Below are positions 29,130 through 39,335 of a stretch of DNA of 64,000 bases, in pieces. Position numbers and translations under genes: made by a program. Source of the DNA: Polyangiales bacterium. GTDB taxonomy: Bacteria > Myxococcota_A > Polyangia > Polyangiales > Polyangiaceae. Below the pieces are notes generated by a model, which had not been told where the DNA came from, did not search any database, and saw only the letters and a program-made list of their open reading frames with translations. Location of the stretch: the NCBI GenBank assembly GCA_038230375.1, contig JBBRNJ010000007.1, forward strand, positions 32,001-96,000, given 5' to 3'. Positions within the stretch are counted from its first letter, which is position 1; each line of letters begins with the position of its first letter.

Positions 29130-31880
29130 TCAGTCGCCCGCGGCCTCTTTTGCTCGCTGCTTCTCCAGGTCCGCGCGCATGGGGCCGAGCGCGAAGGTGA
29201 GGCCATCGAAGATTTCTTTTTCCTTCGGCGGCACCCAGCCGAAGTCCTTGCCGTCCACGCGGACGAACATGCCGCTCACGTCGCGGTCGCGCGGGACGCG
29301 GAACGTGAACTTCGTGGCCTTCACGCCAACGGGCTTCTCGATCGTCGCGAGCTTGCGCCGGTGGTGATCCAGGATGGTCACAGCGACGGCGCCAAGGTCG
29401 TGCGTGCTGGTGAGCTCCAGGTTCCAGCTCTCCTGCGTGTCGCCCCTCTTGATGGTGGGCCGGTCCGCCTTCACCAGGAGCGGCGGCTCTGCGGGGCCCT
29501 TCACCTCGTACGACGCGCGCCATGGAGCTGCGTGGGTGGGCAGGCGCGGCGCATCCGCATCCGTGAGCCGCGGCGCGATGGGGCCAGGCTGCCCGAACGC
29601 GCGCGCGACCGGACCCACGTACGCGCGCGGCGGTCCACCCTGATCCACCACGAACACACCCATCAAGGGCTTCTCCGCGCCCAGGTACGCCGCGGCCTGC
29701 AGGTTCGTGGACGTGTAGTAGTCGATGACGAACGACGGGTCGGAGAGGCCGTCCTTCCGCTTCGGATGCAGGTCGAACCACCAGCCCGAGTAGTGCGGCG
29801 GCGCGCAGCTGTCCATGCACATCGGATCGCTCGGGACGTACTCCGCCACCAGCGAAAGGAAGCGCTTCTCCTCTGCGTGGAGCGCCTCACCCGCAAGCTC
29901 GCGCGCGACGATCACGCGCAGTGCGCGGAGCACACGCGACAGCTTCTCGAAGTAGGCGTGTCCGCCGCTCATGCGCGGCGCGTCCAGTCCCTCCATCGCT
30001 GTCTGCCCGCGCGCGGCGTAGGCGATCAGCGCGTCGAGCACCTTCGGCGCCGGCTCCACGTATCCATCGGGGATCTCGCAGCCGTAGGCGTCGTAGGCCT
30101 GGCCTGCCAGCAGCACGTGGTTGTGGCGGATCTGCCCGAACGCGGCCACCGCCGTGTTCATCTTCATGTCCCTGTAGGCGTCCGTGGTGGTGAACGAAGG
30201 AAACGCGCCTTCACCCTGCGGCTCAGCGGTCGCGCGCGCCGCGCGGAGCCACGAGCCGTAGAGATCGTCACCGGTGCTGCTGGATGCGGTGAGCTCGGCG
30301 CGTGAGCGATTGAGCGCCGCGCCCAGGGCGGGGAACGCGGCTAGCTCGCTGCCCATGTACGTGCGCGCGCGGTCGTGCCCAAGGATGAAGCCGATGTCCA
30401 TCGGCGTCACCATGTAGCGATCCATGACTTCGTCGTGGACGAGCGGCCTCATCGCCGCCGCATCTGGCGTCACGCGGGGCCCCAGCAACGTCATGATCGC
30501 CGGGAGGTCCGTCACGCCCTGCGGCATGAAGTGCAGGCGCGCCGTGCGCTTGAAGTCGTCGCCGATCGCGGCCGTCAGCTTCCTCCCCGCGCCGGCGTCG
30601 AACTGGCCGTCGATGCCGGCCTTCTTGCGGAGCGCGAGCACATCGCGGACACCAAGGTCCTCGCGCTTGCCGGCGAGCAGGGAAAAGCCGTGATCCATCG
30701 TCTCGACCAACGGGAGCGCGCCGCTTCGGTCCGCGAGATCCGTGAGCGCGAGAGCCAGCTGTGCCTCGCGCGGCGTCTCCGAGCGATCCGGTGATGCGCC
30801 TGGCTGGCTCGACTGACCGCCGCGGGTCTTCACGTTCAGCTCCAGTCGTGAGAGCCACATCACCGTGCGGAAGTACGAGTCCAGCATCCGCGGCGACGAC
30901 GCGTAGTGTCCGCGCGGCGTGTACTGCGTGAAGTCGATCACGCGCGGGCGTCCGAAGAGCACCACGGGGTCCGTGCCATCCGCGCCGCGCATGCTGGTGC
31001 CCTCCTCGGCCAGTGTCGTCAGCGCGCGCGCCTCGTCGTCCAGGTCCGCGTCGCCCAGGACCGTCTTGTCGGCCTGATGGAGCAGCATGCGCGCGACCGT
31101 GAGGTACACGTCCAGATCGTGCGCCGTTTCCTCCGGGTAGCTCTTTGCGGCGTCCGGCAGTGCGCACGACATGCGCGCGAGCAGCTCGGAGAGTGCTGGG
31201 AGGAGGCGCTCGGCCTCGATGTCGGCCAAGAGGCCGTCGTGCGCGGCGAACACGGCCTGGAAGAGCGCGTCCATGGAGATGAATACCGGCAGCTCCGACT
31301 GGAACACGTCGTGGAACGCGGAGCCGTACGAGTCCGCGACCATGCGATCGCTTGCGAAGAAGCCATTCTTCCCGAGCGCGCGTCGTTCGTCAGCGGTGAG
31401 CCGGAACCGCTCGTTCACCTTGGACAGGAAGAGCGGATCGCTGTGGCCGTCCCAGTTCGGCTTGCGCGCGAGCACTGTCGGCGCGGGCGCAGTCTGCGCG
31501 AGGATCGCTTTCAATGTATCTTCCACGTTGTTCTCGGCGACCACGCAGCGGTCCTTCGAGCTGACGCGATAGTCGGAGAAGCCCCCCTCGGCTTCTGACA
31601 GCTTCTCGTTCTCTGCCTGCCACGCGCGCGACTGGGCCAGGTTCTCCTCTTGCTCGCAGAGCGCGTGATCGCCCTGGCACGCCTGCTCCCGATTGACCTC
31701 GCGTTGCACGCGCTCGCCGCGTGGGCGCTCGGTCGCACTGCCCGCGTCGCGCGCACGCATGGGGGTGGCCGCGACCAGTGGACCGGCTCCGCGTCTACCG
31801 CATCCCTCCCCGGCAGAGAGCGCGGCGCCAAGGACGAGCGTCGAGAGGGAGAGTGAGATGAGCCTGCGCCGGACCGTCAT
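29130..31880 (-). CDS. DUF3160-family exported protein; start may be 31937
   Basis: LGKNGF, LPVFISMDALF, DFTQYTPRGHY, YFRTVMWLSR, QIRHNHVLLAGQAY, GYVEPAP. Confidence 0.75.
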   Translation of the reverse strand: MTVRRRLISLSLSTLVLGAALSAGEGCGRRGAGPLVAATPMRARDAGSATERPRGERVQREVNREQACQGDHALCEQEENLAQSRAWQAENEKLSEAEGGFSDYRVSSKDRCVVAENNVEDTLKAILAQTAPAPTVLARKPNWDGHSDPLFLSKVNERFRLTADERRALGKNGFFASDRMVADSYGSAFHDVFQSELPVFISMDALFQAVFAAHDGLLADIEAERLLPALSELLARMSCALPDAAKSYPEETAHDLDVYLTVARMLLHQADKTVLGDADLDDEARALTTLAEEGTSMRGADGTDPVVLFGRPRVIDFTQYTPRGHYASSPRMLDSYFRTVMWLSRLELNVKTRGGQSSQPGASPDRSETPREAQLALALTDLADRSGALPLVETMDHGFSLLAGKREDLGVRDVLALRKKAGIDGQFDAGAGRKLTAAIGDDFKRTARLHFMPQGVTDLPAIMTLLGPRVTPDAAAMRPLVHDEVMDRYMVTPMDIGFILGHDRARTYMGSELAAFPALGAALNRSRAELTASSSTGDDLYGSWLRAARATAEPQGEGAFPSFTTTDAYRDMKMNTAVAAFGQIRHNHVLLAGQAYDAYGCEIPDGYVEPAPKVLDALIAYAARGQTAMEGLDAPRMSGGHAYFEKLSRVLRALRVIVARELAGEALHAEEKRFLSLVAEYVPSDPMCMDSCAPPHYSGWWFDLHPKRKDGLSDPSFVIDYYTSTNLQAAAYLGAEKPLMGVFVVDQGGPPRAYVGPVARAFGQPGPIAPRLTDADAPRLPTHAAPWRASYEVKGPAEPPLLVKADRPTIKRGDTQESWNLELTSTHDLGAVAVTILDHHRRKLATIEKPVGVKATKFTFRVPRDRDVSGMFVRVDGKDFGWVPPKEKEIFDGLTFALGPMRADLEKQRAKEAAGD

Positions 31881-31962
31881 GGCATGTAAGTCGGTTGGAC
31901 CCTCTGGAATGTGACGCGGTTTCTGTGGCTCCGTCACCGAGCGCCTCCACGCTCACATCACG

Positions 31963-33003
31963 TCATGTGCCAGCCCGGGGCTTCTTTGCGGCGGCTGCGC
32001 GCTCCTCGATCGCCTTCGTGTGTGTGACGGTCCACTCGTTGATGTCGGTGATGACGCGGCCCTTCTCTGGCTCGTGGACCAGGTCGTGCACGAGCTTCGG
32101 GTAGATGCGCAGCGTGCGGTCGCTGGATTTCGTGCGCTCGTAGAGCGATCGGCTGCCGTTCGGGTCGGTCACCTCGTCGTCCTCGCCGTGGAGGATGAGG
32201 AGCGGGACGAAGACGTCGTCCATGCGTTCGTCGATGCTCTCCATGGCAAGAAGGAGCTCCTTCGCGGTGCGGGCTGGTGCGCCGTCCGTGTAGACCATGG
32301 GGTCGCTCTTGCAGTCCGCGACCACCTTCGGGTCGCGCGAGAACTTGTCGATGTCGAGCTTGAAGACACCCGCGTTGGGCGACAGGCTGGCGACGGCCTT
32401 GGTCCCAGCGATCTTCCCACCGTCCACGTTCGCGTGCAGGGCAGGCCCGGACAGGATCAGCCCTGCGAGCTGCGGCTTCCTGTCGAGCGCGTACAGCGTC
32501 ACGATCGCGCCGCCCATGCTGTGACCCATCACGAAGACCGGAACGTCATGCTCCTGATGCCGCACGCGCTCCGTGAACGCCGCCAGGTCGTCCACGTAGT
32601 CGTCGAAGGAGTCCACGCCCACGCGCACACCGGCAGAGTGGCCGTGACCGCGCAGATCGAATGCGTGAACGGCGACGCCATTCGCCACCAGCGAGCGCGC
32701 GAGCTCGTCGTAGCGGCTGGAGTGGTCGAGCAGGCCGTGCATGATCACGAACGTCGCGCGCGGCTCGCCCTGGGCGGGGCGCCAGGCCTGCTCGAAGAGG
32801 GAGACGCCGCCTTTTCCCTGGAAAAATCCCTGCGTGTGCGCAACGCCACCGACGTCGGGTGGTGCGCTTGCCGGAGGACGAGCGCCCATCGCCGGGGGGC
32901 CACCGCAGCCGGGCAACGCGGAAAGCGCGGACAGCGCGAGCAAGGTGGCGATGGGGGACGATGCTAGGACGGAGCTGATCAGCTTCGACGTGAAAAAGGG
33001 CAT
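31963..33003 (-). CDS. Alpha/beta hydrolase, monoacylglycerol lipase/lysophospholipase type; probable lipoprotein
   Basis: HGLLDHSSRY, DLRGHGHS, GHSMGG, HGEDD, HDLVHEP. Confidence 0.9.
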   Translation of the reverse strand: MPFFTSKLISSVLASSPIATLLALSALSALPGCGGPPAMGARPPASAPPDVGGVAHTQGFFQGKGGVSLFEQAWRPAQGEPRATFVIMHGLLDHSSRYDELARSLVANGVAVHAFDLRGHGHSAGVRVGVDSFDDYVDDLAAFTERVRHQEHDVPVFVMGHSMGGAIVTLYALDRKPQLAGLILSGPALHANVDGGKIAGTKAVASLSPNAGVFKLDIDKFSRDPKVVADCKSDPMVYTDGAPARTAKELLLAMESIDERMDDVFVPLLILHGEDDEVTDPNGSRSLYERTKSSDRTLRIYPKLVHDLVHEPEKGRVITDINEWTVTHTKAIEERAAAAKKPRAGT

Positions 33004-33046
33004 GGCGTGCGTTCATTCCAACACGGACTGCCTGTACGATCCACGC

Positions 33047-33712
33047 ATGTCGCAACGGAAGAGTGGTCTTGCAGTGATCGCGATCCTGACACTGGTCGCG
33101 TGCAAGACCAACGAGTCGACCTCGACCTCGACCTCGACCTCGACCTCGACCTCGACTTCGACCTCGACCTCGACCTCGACCTCGACCTCGACCTCGACCT
33201 CGACCTCGACCTCGACCCCGACCTCGACCCTTCGCACGCCGAACGTCTACGACCTCAATGCGCGCACGCTGGATGGCAAGCTACAGCCGCTCTCCGAGTA
33301 TCGCGGCAAGGTGGCGCTGATGGTGAACACCGCGTCCGAGTGTGGCTTCACGCCGCAGTACACTGGGCTCCAGGCGTTGAGCGAGTCCATGAAGGGCAAG
33401 CCATTCGTGCTCCTTGGCTTCCCGTCGAATGACTTCGGCGCGCAGGAACCAGGCACCGACGAGGAGATCGCCAAGTTCACGTCGCACGAGTACGGCGTGA
33501 CGTTCCCGCTCTTCTCGAAGTCGAAGGTGAAGGGCGACGGCGCGAACCCGGTCTTCATGTTTCTTGGCCAGGCGAAGGGCGAGCCAAAGTGGAACTTCCA
33601 CAAGTACCTCGTCGACAAGACTGGCACTGTGGTCGCGGCATACCCGAGCGCGGTGAAGCCGGACGACCCGGCGCTGCGCGCAGAGATCGACCAGCTGCTC
33701 GCCAAGCCCTGA
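33047..33712 (+). CDS. Glutathione peroxidase family lipoprotein with (ST)n tether
   Basis: LVAC lipobox, 19 ST dipeptides, VNTASECGFTPQY, GFPSNDFGAQEP, WNFHKYLV. Confidence 0.93.
   Translation: MSQRKSGLAVIAILTLVACKTNESTSTSTSTSTSTSTSTSTSTSTSTSTSTSTSTSTPTSTLRTPNVYDLNARTLDGKLQPLSEYRGKVALMVNTASECGFTPQYTGLQALSESMKGKPFVLLGFPSNDFGAQEPGTDEEIAKFTSHEYGVTFPLFSKSKVKGDGANPVFMFLGQAKGEPKWNFHKYLVDKTGTVVAAYPSAVKPDDPALRAEIDQLLAKP
33116..33229 (+). repeat. (TCGACC)19 hexamer microsatellite, in frame
   Basis: Nearly perfect array with two variant units; encodes the Ser-Thr linker. Confidence 0.95.
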
Positions 33713-33776
33713 ACCTGTTCGATACCCCGACAATGGGCTATGACGGCGTTGATGACACAGGTTGGGGGGGCCTAGC

Positions 33777-36700
33777 GTGGAGCCCGGTACCCGCATTGGC
33801 GATCGCTACGTCGTGACCGGCCAGATTGGCGCCGGCGGAATGGGCGTCGTCGTCAGCGCCCGCGACGAGAAGCTCGGGCGCGTGGTCGCCATCAAGGTCG
33901 TTCCGCAGAGTGCGATCGGCGACGAGGGTGCACGCCGGCGAATCCTTCGTGAGGCGCGCGCGGCGGCCGGGCTCGACCATCGTTCGATCGTCCACGTGTA
34001 TGACGTTGGCGAGACGGACGACAAGAGCGCCTACTTCGTGATGGAACTGGTGCGCGGCAAGAGCCTCGGAGCCGTGCTCGCGGAGGGCAAGACGAAGCGG
34101 GAGAGGTTGCTCGCGGCCCTCATCGAGACGGGGCGTGCGCTCGCATACGCCCACGAAAAGGGCTTCGTTCACCGCGACATCAAGCCCGACAACGTCATGT
34201 TGCGAGAGGACGACAGCGTCGTCGTGCTCGACTTCGGGCTCGCCAAGACCTTCGCCACGGAGCTTGCCGCCACCGAAGAGGCGATCTCCGTCACCGCGAA
34301 GGGCGGCTTCGTCGGCACGCCCGCGTACGTCTCACCCGAGCAAGCGCGCGGTGAAGAAGTCAATCCTGCGACGGACCAGTTCGCGCTCGCCGTCACCATC
34401 TTCGAGGCGATGACTGGGAGTATTCCGTGGGTCGGCAAGACCGTGATCGAGGTCGTGAGTGAGATCCTGAAGGGCACGCCACGATCGCTCGCATCACTCG
34501 CGCCCTCCCTTCCGCCCGCGCTCGGCACGGCCCTCGCGCGCGCGATGGAGAAGGAGATCGGCGCGCGATTTCCGTCGATGGACGTGTTCGTCGCCGAGCT
34601 CGAGCGCATCCTCCCCGACGTGGGTCGCCCCGAGTCCCTGAAGACGGCTGCGGCGGCTCCGGTGGATTCGAAGTCACCGCTGGCGTCGTCGATGGACGTC
34701 GCGCCGAGCGACGCAGCGCTCGCAAAGACCAACGTGAGCGCGGCCAGCGCAACGGTGACGCCGCAACGAAAGAGACTCTGGCCGGCGGTGGTCATCGGCG
34801 CGGGGGTCATCATCGCGCTGGGGGTCTACAAGCATCCGTGGCGTGGCGATGACGTGCCGCTGGTGCCGCCCGTTCCCGCGCAGGTGACCATCCACACCGT
34901 CGCTTGTCCTCAGCTCGAGGTCGGTGGTGACGAAGAGAAGCCGAGCGGCTGGCTGGGCGCTGCGGCCGCGAGCCTCTCGTGCGAGCGCATCCAGTGGATG
35001 CTGGGCGGGCGTCCGAGCACCACGCTCATTCCCGCGGAGCTCCTGCGCCTCCCACGCGAGCCGAAGGAGGGCGCGGCGAGCGAGCCGTTCGACAAGGACG
35101 GCGTTCGCGAGAGAGAGCTCGCCGTCGCAAAGGAATCCGCTGACGCCTTCGTGACGGGCGTGGTCGACGGTACGCGCGACGTACACGTGGTGTTGCACCT
35201 TTTCGACAGGTCGAGGCGCGAGCTCGCGACCGCGGAGGGCACGCATCCCAACGTGCTGGGTGCCGTGCGTGACGCCACCGACGGGCTTCGCGCGAAGGGG
35301 GCCTTCGGTGCGGCACCTGACCTCACCTACCTGCACACCGTGCTGCCGGGGGCCACCATCGACGCGGCGCTGCGCATCCATGACCTCACGGTCTTCGATC
35401 TGATGGAAGACGACGTGGACGTGAGGGCGGACTGCGAGGAGCTCTCCACGCGGACGGATCTGGGCGCGATCGCAGCGCTCGTATCCGCGGTCTGTGCGCC
35501 GCCGCTTGGCAAGGCGTTGCCTGCGCAGCCAGCCCCAGACGACTCCACGCCCATTGCGTCTGCGATCACCGTCGCAACGCTTCGCCGGTTCCCCACGCAG
35601 TCCGACAAGGAAAAGGCTGCAGGCAAGGCGCGGATCGATGCGCTCGTTGTAGCGGCAAACAAGGAGGCCGACCTAGATCTCCGCTCCATCCTGCTCGGAG
35701 CCGCCGCGGACGGCTACTACTTCAACCTCTCGGACGCGGCCACAGCTGGCGGTGTGGCGCGCGCGTCGGTGCAGGCGTCTCCGCGTACCGTCGATCTTCG
35801 CGGTACCGCGTGGCATCGTCAGTCCTTCGCGTCGGCGGACCTCGGTGCGCCGGTTCTCATCGCGCACGAGTCGTGGCTTCCGTGGGAGCCGTTCGCCCAG
35901 GCAAACCTCTATCTGCAGTTCGGCACGCACGCGGAGTTCGCGTCTGCCCTTCGCCGCGCAGCGATACTCGCGCGCCACGGCTACTGGCGACGCGACTATG
36001 GAGAGTGGCTCGCGCGCATCGGACACCTGGAGGAGGCGAAGGGGATCGCCGTCGAGTCGGGCAGCCGCTTGCTGGCCGCGCTCATCCAGTATGCGGAGGG
36101 CTTTCCGGCCCGGGCGCTCGTCTCGATCCGGAAGTCCCTCGCAGAGATGGACACGACCGTTGCCAACGGACGCGAGGCCACGCGGCTCGCGGCGCTGGGC
36201 AGCGGCATCGCCATGGAGATCGGCCAGCCGCTGGACTTCGCGCAGGTCTTCCTCGACAGGTTCGTGGCCCCCGATGCGCCCAAGATCTCGCACGGCGTGA
36301 CGACGATGCACTATCTATGTGCAGTCTGCATGGATCTCGCACGGCCCGCGGCAGAGAAGTGCATCGGGCGTGTGCGCGAACTGGTGCGCATCGGGCACTT
36401 CGGCGGCGCCTTCTACGGCTCGGCGGATCTTCTGGACGGCTCGATCCATTTCATCAACGGAGACTTCGAGAAGGCCGCAAAGACCTGGCGCCCGCTTCTC
36501 TCCGGGCCTGGCATCTACAGGACAGAGGGCGTCCGCGAGCAGCTGACCATTGCCCTCATGCGCGCCGGCGAGAACGAGATGGCCGAACGCCTGGACGACT
36601 ACTGGCTGCCAGACGAGGTCCTGCCTGAAGCGAACTCTGCGCACGTGAGGCTCGCGCTGCGTCTGGAGAAGCGCAGCGACATCGCGGGCGCACGTCGCGT

Positions 36701-36818
36701 GGCACAAGAGTACGTGAAGCGCTGGAACACCGCGGACGAACGCCCGCGCGGCACGGAGGAGATGAAGCGCCTCCTTGCGCGGACCGCAAGCCAGGTCGGA
36801 GACGGCGGAGCTCGGTAA
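33777..36818 (+). CDS. Receptor-like Ser/Thr kinase with a large extracytoplasmic helical domain; start uncertain (33762/33777)
   Basis: GAGGMG, VAIK, HRDIKPDN, DFG, YVSPE; TM LWPAVVIGAGVIIALGVY; about 660 aa C-terminal region. Confidence 0.92.
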   Translation: MEPGTRIGDRYVVTGQIGAGGMGVVVSARDEKLGRVVAIKVVPQSAIGDEGARRRILREARAAAGLDHRSIVHVYDVGETDDKSAYFVMELVRGKSLGAVLAEGKTKRERLLAALIETGRALAYAHEKGFVHRDIKPDNVMLREDDSVVVLDFGLAKTFATELAATEEAISVTAKGGFVGTPAYVSPEQARGEEVNPATDQFALAVTIFEAMTGSIPWVGKTVIEVVSEILKGTPRSLASLAPSLPPALGTALARAMEKEIGARFPSMDVFVAELERILPDVGRPESLKTAAAAPVDSKSPLASSMDVAPSDAALAKTNVSAASATVTPQRKRLWPAVVIGAGVIIALGVYKHPWRGDDVPLVPPVPAQVTIHTVACPQLEVGGDEEKPSGWLGAAAASLSCERIQWMLGGRPSTTLIPAELLRLPREPKEGAASEPFDKDGVRERELAVAKESADAFVTGVVDGTRDVHVVLHLFDRSRRELATAEGTHPNVLGAVRDATDGLRAKGAFGAAPDLTYLHTVLPGATIDAALRIHDLTVFDLMEDDVDVRADCEELSTRTDLGAIAALVSAVCAPPLGKALPAQPAPDDSTPIASAITVATLRRFPTQSDKEKAAGKARIDALVVAANKEADLDLRSILLGAAADGYYFNLSDAATAGGVARASVQASPRTVDLRGTAWHRQSFASADLGAPVLIAHESWLPWEPFAQANLYLQFGTHAEFASALRRAAILARHGYWRRDYGEWLARIGHLEEAKGIAVESGSRLLAALIQYAEGFPARALVSIRKSLAEMDTTVANGREATRLAALGSGIAMEIGQPLDFAQVFLDRFVAPDAPKISHGVTTMHYLCAVCMDLARPAAEKCIGRVRELVRIGHFGGAFYGSADLLDGSIHFINGDFEKAAKTWRPLLSGPGIYRTEGVREQLTIALMRAGENEMAERLDDYWLPDEVLPEANSAHVRLALRLEKRSDIAGARRVAQEYVKRWNTADERPRGTEEMKRLLARTASQVGDGGAR

Positions 36819-36829
36819 CCGGCGTGCGT

Positions 36830-38044
36830 TCAGCGGCGGCGTCGCGCGCGCAGTGCGAGGGCTGCGAGAGCGAGCGGAAGAAACATCGCGAGCGACAGAT
36901 CGCGATCGGTCGCCGTCGCGCAGCCACCGGACGATCCCCCACCACCAGTGCCGCCATCCGCGTCAGCGTTGCCACCGCCGCCGCCCGCGCTGCCGTCCGC
37001 GCCAGCTCCACCTCCGCCGCCACCTCCACCACTGCTGCCGCCGCCATCATCCTTGCCGATGACGCCGCCGTCTGGCGCGACGTTGCCTGTGGGTGCCGTG
37101 AGCGAGTGCGCGCTGAAGAACGACCACATGATGCCGGTCTCGTCGGGGCCATCGGAATCCGTGTAGGATGCACCCTTCACACCGCCGGCCCAAGCGTGGT
37201 CCATGCCGGTGACCCACACCCCCACGAGGAGCGCCGCGTTGTCCGGGCCGTTGGTGGTCTCCGTGGAGTAGCCGCGCCCGCCGTCGACCTGGCTCATGAC
37301 GGTGGTCGGCGCTGCGAGCGACGCGAGACCGAGCGCGTCCGCGTCCGCGCGCGTGTACGAAGCGATCACCTGGTGTCCGTTCACGATCGCGACGGTGCCG
37401 TCCGACGTGCCGTGGAAGGCGATCACGGGCATCGCGCGTGCGTGCGTCCCCATCGCTGCGAAGATCGCGTCGCCCTGGGTTGTGGGATTCGGCCCGCCTG
37501 AGCCCTGGGCGGCGAGCCCGCTCTGGATGGAGTCAGCCGCCTGATACTCGAGGCCCGAGCCCACGCCGATCGCCGCGAACACATCCGGATAGGTCGCGCC
37601 CATCACAGCGGCCATCGCGCCGCCTGCGGAGATGCCTGCGACATAGACGTGAGCAGCGTCGATCGTGTGTCGCTTCTTCGCCTCGTCGACGATCGCCGCG
37701 AGCTCCGCCGGCTCGCCCGAGCCGCGCACCTGGCTCAGCGGGTCGAACCAGTTCCAGCATTTCCCCGCGTTGTGAGACGCCGGCTGCGTCGGCCACACGA
37801 CGTAAAAGCCCTGTTTTTCGGCCAGATCGTTCATCAGCGTCGCCGCTTCGAAGTCCTGCGCGTTCTGCGAGCACCCATGCAACATGAGCACGAGCGCCGG
37901 CTTGGCTTGCGGTGCGCTCGGCACGAACAGATCCGTGGGATGGCCCGCCACGGTGAACGTCTCGGTGGTGCCCGCGGCCCTTGCCTCAGCGGTGATCCCC
38001 GTGACGGCAAGCGCGATGGCGAGTCCCCCGAGCAGCTTCTTCAT
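36830..38044 (-). CDS. PHB depolymerase family esterase (LpqC-like), secreted, MYXO-CTERM anchored
   Basis: Signal peptide, MLHGCSQ, CWNWF, GISAGG, FHGTSD, GMDHAWAGG; C-terminal GGCATA-hydrophobic-RARRRR. Confidence 0.88.
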   Translation of the reverse strand: MKKLLGGLAIALAVTGITAEARAAGTTETFTVAGHPTDLFVPSAPQAKPALVLMLHGCSQNAQDFEAATLMNDLAEKQGFYVVWPTQPASHNAGKCWNWFDPLSQVRGSGEPAELAAIVDEAKKRHTIDAAHVYVAGISAGGAMAAVMGATYPDVFAAIGVGSGLEYQAADSIQSGLAAQGSGGPNPTTQGDAIFAAMGTHARAMPVIAFHGTSDGTVAIVNGHQVIASYTRADADALGLASLAAPTTVMSQVDGGRGYSTETTNGPDNAALLVGVWVTGMDHAWAGGVKGASYTDSDGPDETGIMWSFFSAHSLTAPTGNVAPDGGVIGKDDGGGSSGGGGGGGGAGADGSAGGGGGNADADGGTGGGGSSGGCATATDRDLSLAMFLPLALAALALRARRRR

Positions 38045-39324
38045 TTGGTCGATGCCGACTTTCTCTTGGTGGGGGTCTTCTTTGCCGTCTTCGTCTTGGC
38101 GGTGCGGGTCGACTTGAGAGTCTTGAGGGGCTTGCGCGCATGCCCGTTCAAGCCGTTGAGGCGAAGGGGAGAGGTCGAGGTCGAGGTCGGGGTCGAGGTC
38201 GAGGTCGGGGTCGAAGTCAAAGTCGTCGTCGAGGTCGTCTTCGTCTTCGTCGTCCCTGTCGTCTCGCACTTCACGAAGAAGTTCGACAGCATCGGCCAGA
38301 GGCCCTTCGCCGCCGACTTCGACACCACCGCTCCAACGTGGCCTCCTGGCAGCTTCACGTGCAGCTTCTCCTTCGATGCGATGCGATCGACCAGCACCGC
38401 CGCGCTCTTCCACGGCACGATGTTGTCGTGCTCGAAGCTCACTGCCAGCACGGGACAGTGGATGTCCTCCATGCGCGCGCTCCTGCCCGAGAGGCGCATC
38501 GTGCCTTCCATGAGCGCGTCCTTGCGATACAGCTCCTCGATGTAGCGCCGGAACGCCTGACCCGGAAACGACACGTTGTCGTTGCCCCATGCCTCGAGCG
38601 CAAGGAAGCCGTCCAGGAACTCGTCATTCCACGCGCGGTCCACCATGTGGACGGTCTTCGCGAGCGTGAGCGTGGGCCGCAGCATCTGGAACGCGCCCTG
38701 GAGCAGCTGCCACGGAGCATTGCCGAACGCGTCCACGATCGCGCCCGGATCGTACGTGGGGTTCTGTGTCCACGCCGCGAGCACGCTGTCGTCCCGGAAC
38801 GCGACGGGCGCGGCGAGCAAGGCAAGCGACGCGATACGGTTGTCGGAGGTGGCTCCGGCCTCTGCCGCCGCATGGATCACCGCCAGCGTTCCGCCAAGGC
38901 AGTAGCCGAGCACGTTTGCCTTGCCACGACGGCCGGGCGTTGCGCCGCCCATCTTGCTCGTCACGCGGAGCGCGCGACCCAGGTAGCCGTCGCAGATGTC
39001 GTCGAACGTCAGGTAGCGATCCTCGGGGCCGGGTGTTCCCCAATCAATGCAGAATACATCATGTCCCTGCGCGACGAGCCACTCGGCCATGCTCTTCTGC
39101 GGCACCAGATCCATCACGTAGTGGCGGTTGATGAGCGAAGGCACGAGGAGGAGCGGGGTCTCGAAGCGCACGGGCTTGCCCTCGGGTCGCCGGTAGCGGA
39201 GAAGCTTCCACTTGTTCTCCGAGAACACGACGTCCGACGGCGTGATGCCGACCTCGGGCTTCTTGCGCGCGGCAAGGCCCAGCAGGTTGATGATGCGCTT
39301 CGCTCCTTCTCCTCCTCCGAACAC
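38041..39324 (-). CDS. phaC: Class III/IV-type polyhydroxyalkanoate synthase with Thr/Ser linker and Lys-rich tail
   Basis: VGITP, PLLLVPSLINRHYVMDL, DWG, lipase box GYCLGG, HDNIVP, GGHVG. Confidence 0.88.
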   Translation of the reverse strand: MFGGGEGAKRIINLLGLAARKKPEVGITPSDVVFSENKWKLLRYRRPEGKPVRFETPLLLVPSLINRHYVMDLVPQKSMAEWLVAQGHDVFCIDWGTPGPEDRYLTFDDICDGYLGRALRVTSKMGGATPGRRGKANVLGYCLGGTLAVIHAAAEAGATSDNRIASLALLAAPVAFRDDSVLAAWTQNPTYDPGAIVDAFGNAPWQLLQGAFQMLRPTLTLAKTVHMVDRAWNDEFLDGFLALEAWGNDNVSFPGQAFRRYIEELYRKDALMEGTMRLSGRSARMEDIHCPVLAVSFEHDNIVPWKSAAVLVDRIASKEKLHVKLPGGHVGAVVSKSAAKGLWPMLSNFFVKCETTGTTKTKTTSTTTLTSTPTSTSTPTSTSTSPLRLNGLNGHARKPLKTLKSTRTAKTKTAKKTPTKRKSASTK

Positions 39325-39335
39325 GGCGGACCTCC

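Noticed and set aside
33007..33432. (DL)n and (VE)n ORFs across the hexamer repeat
   Set aside because: Alternative frames of the (ST)n linker of the peroxidase.
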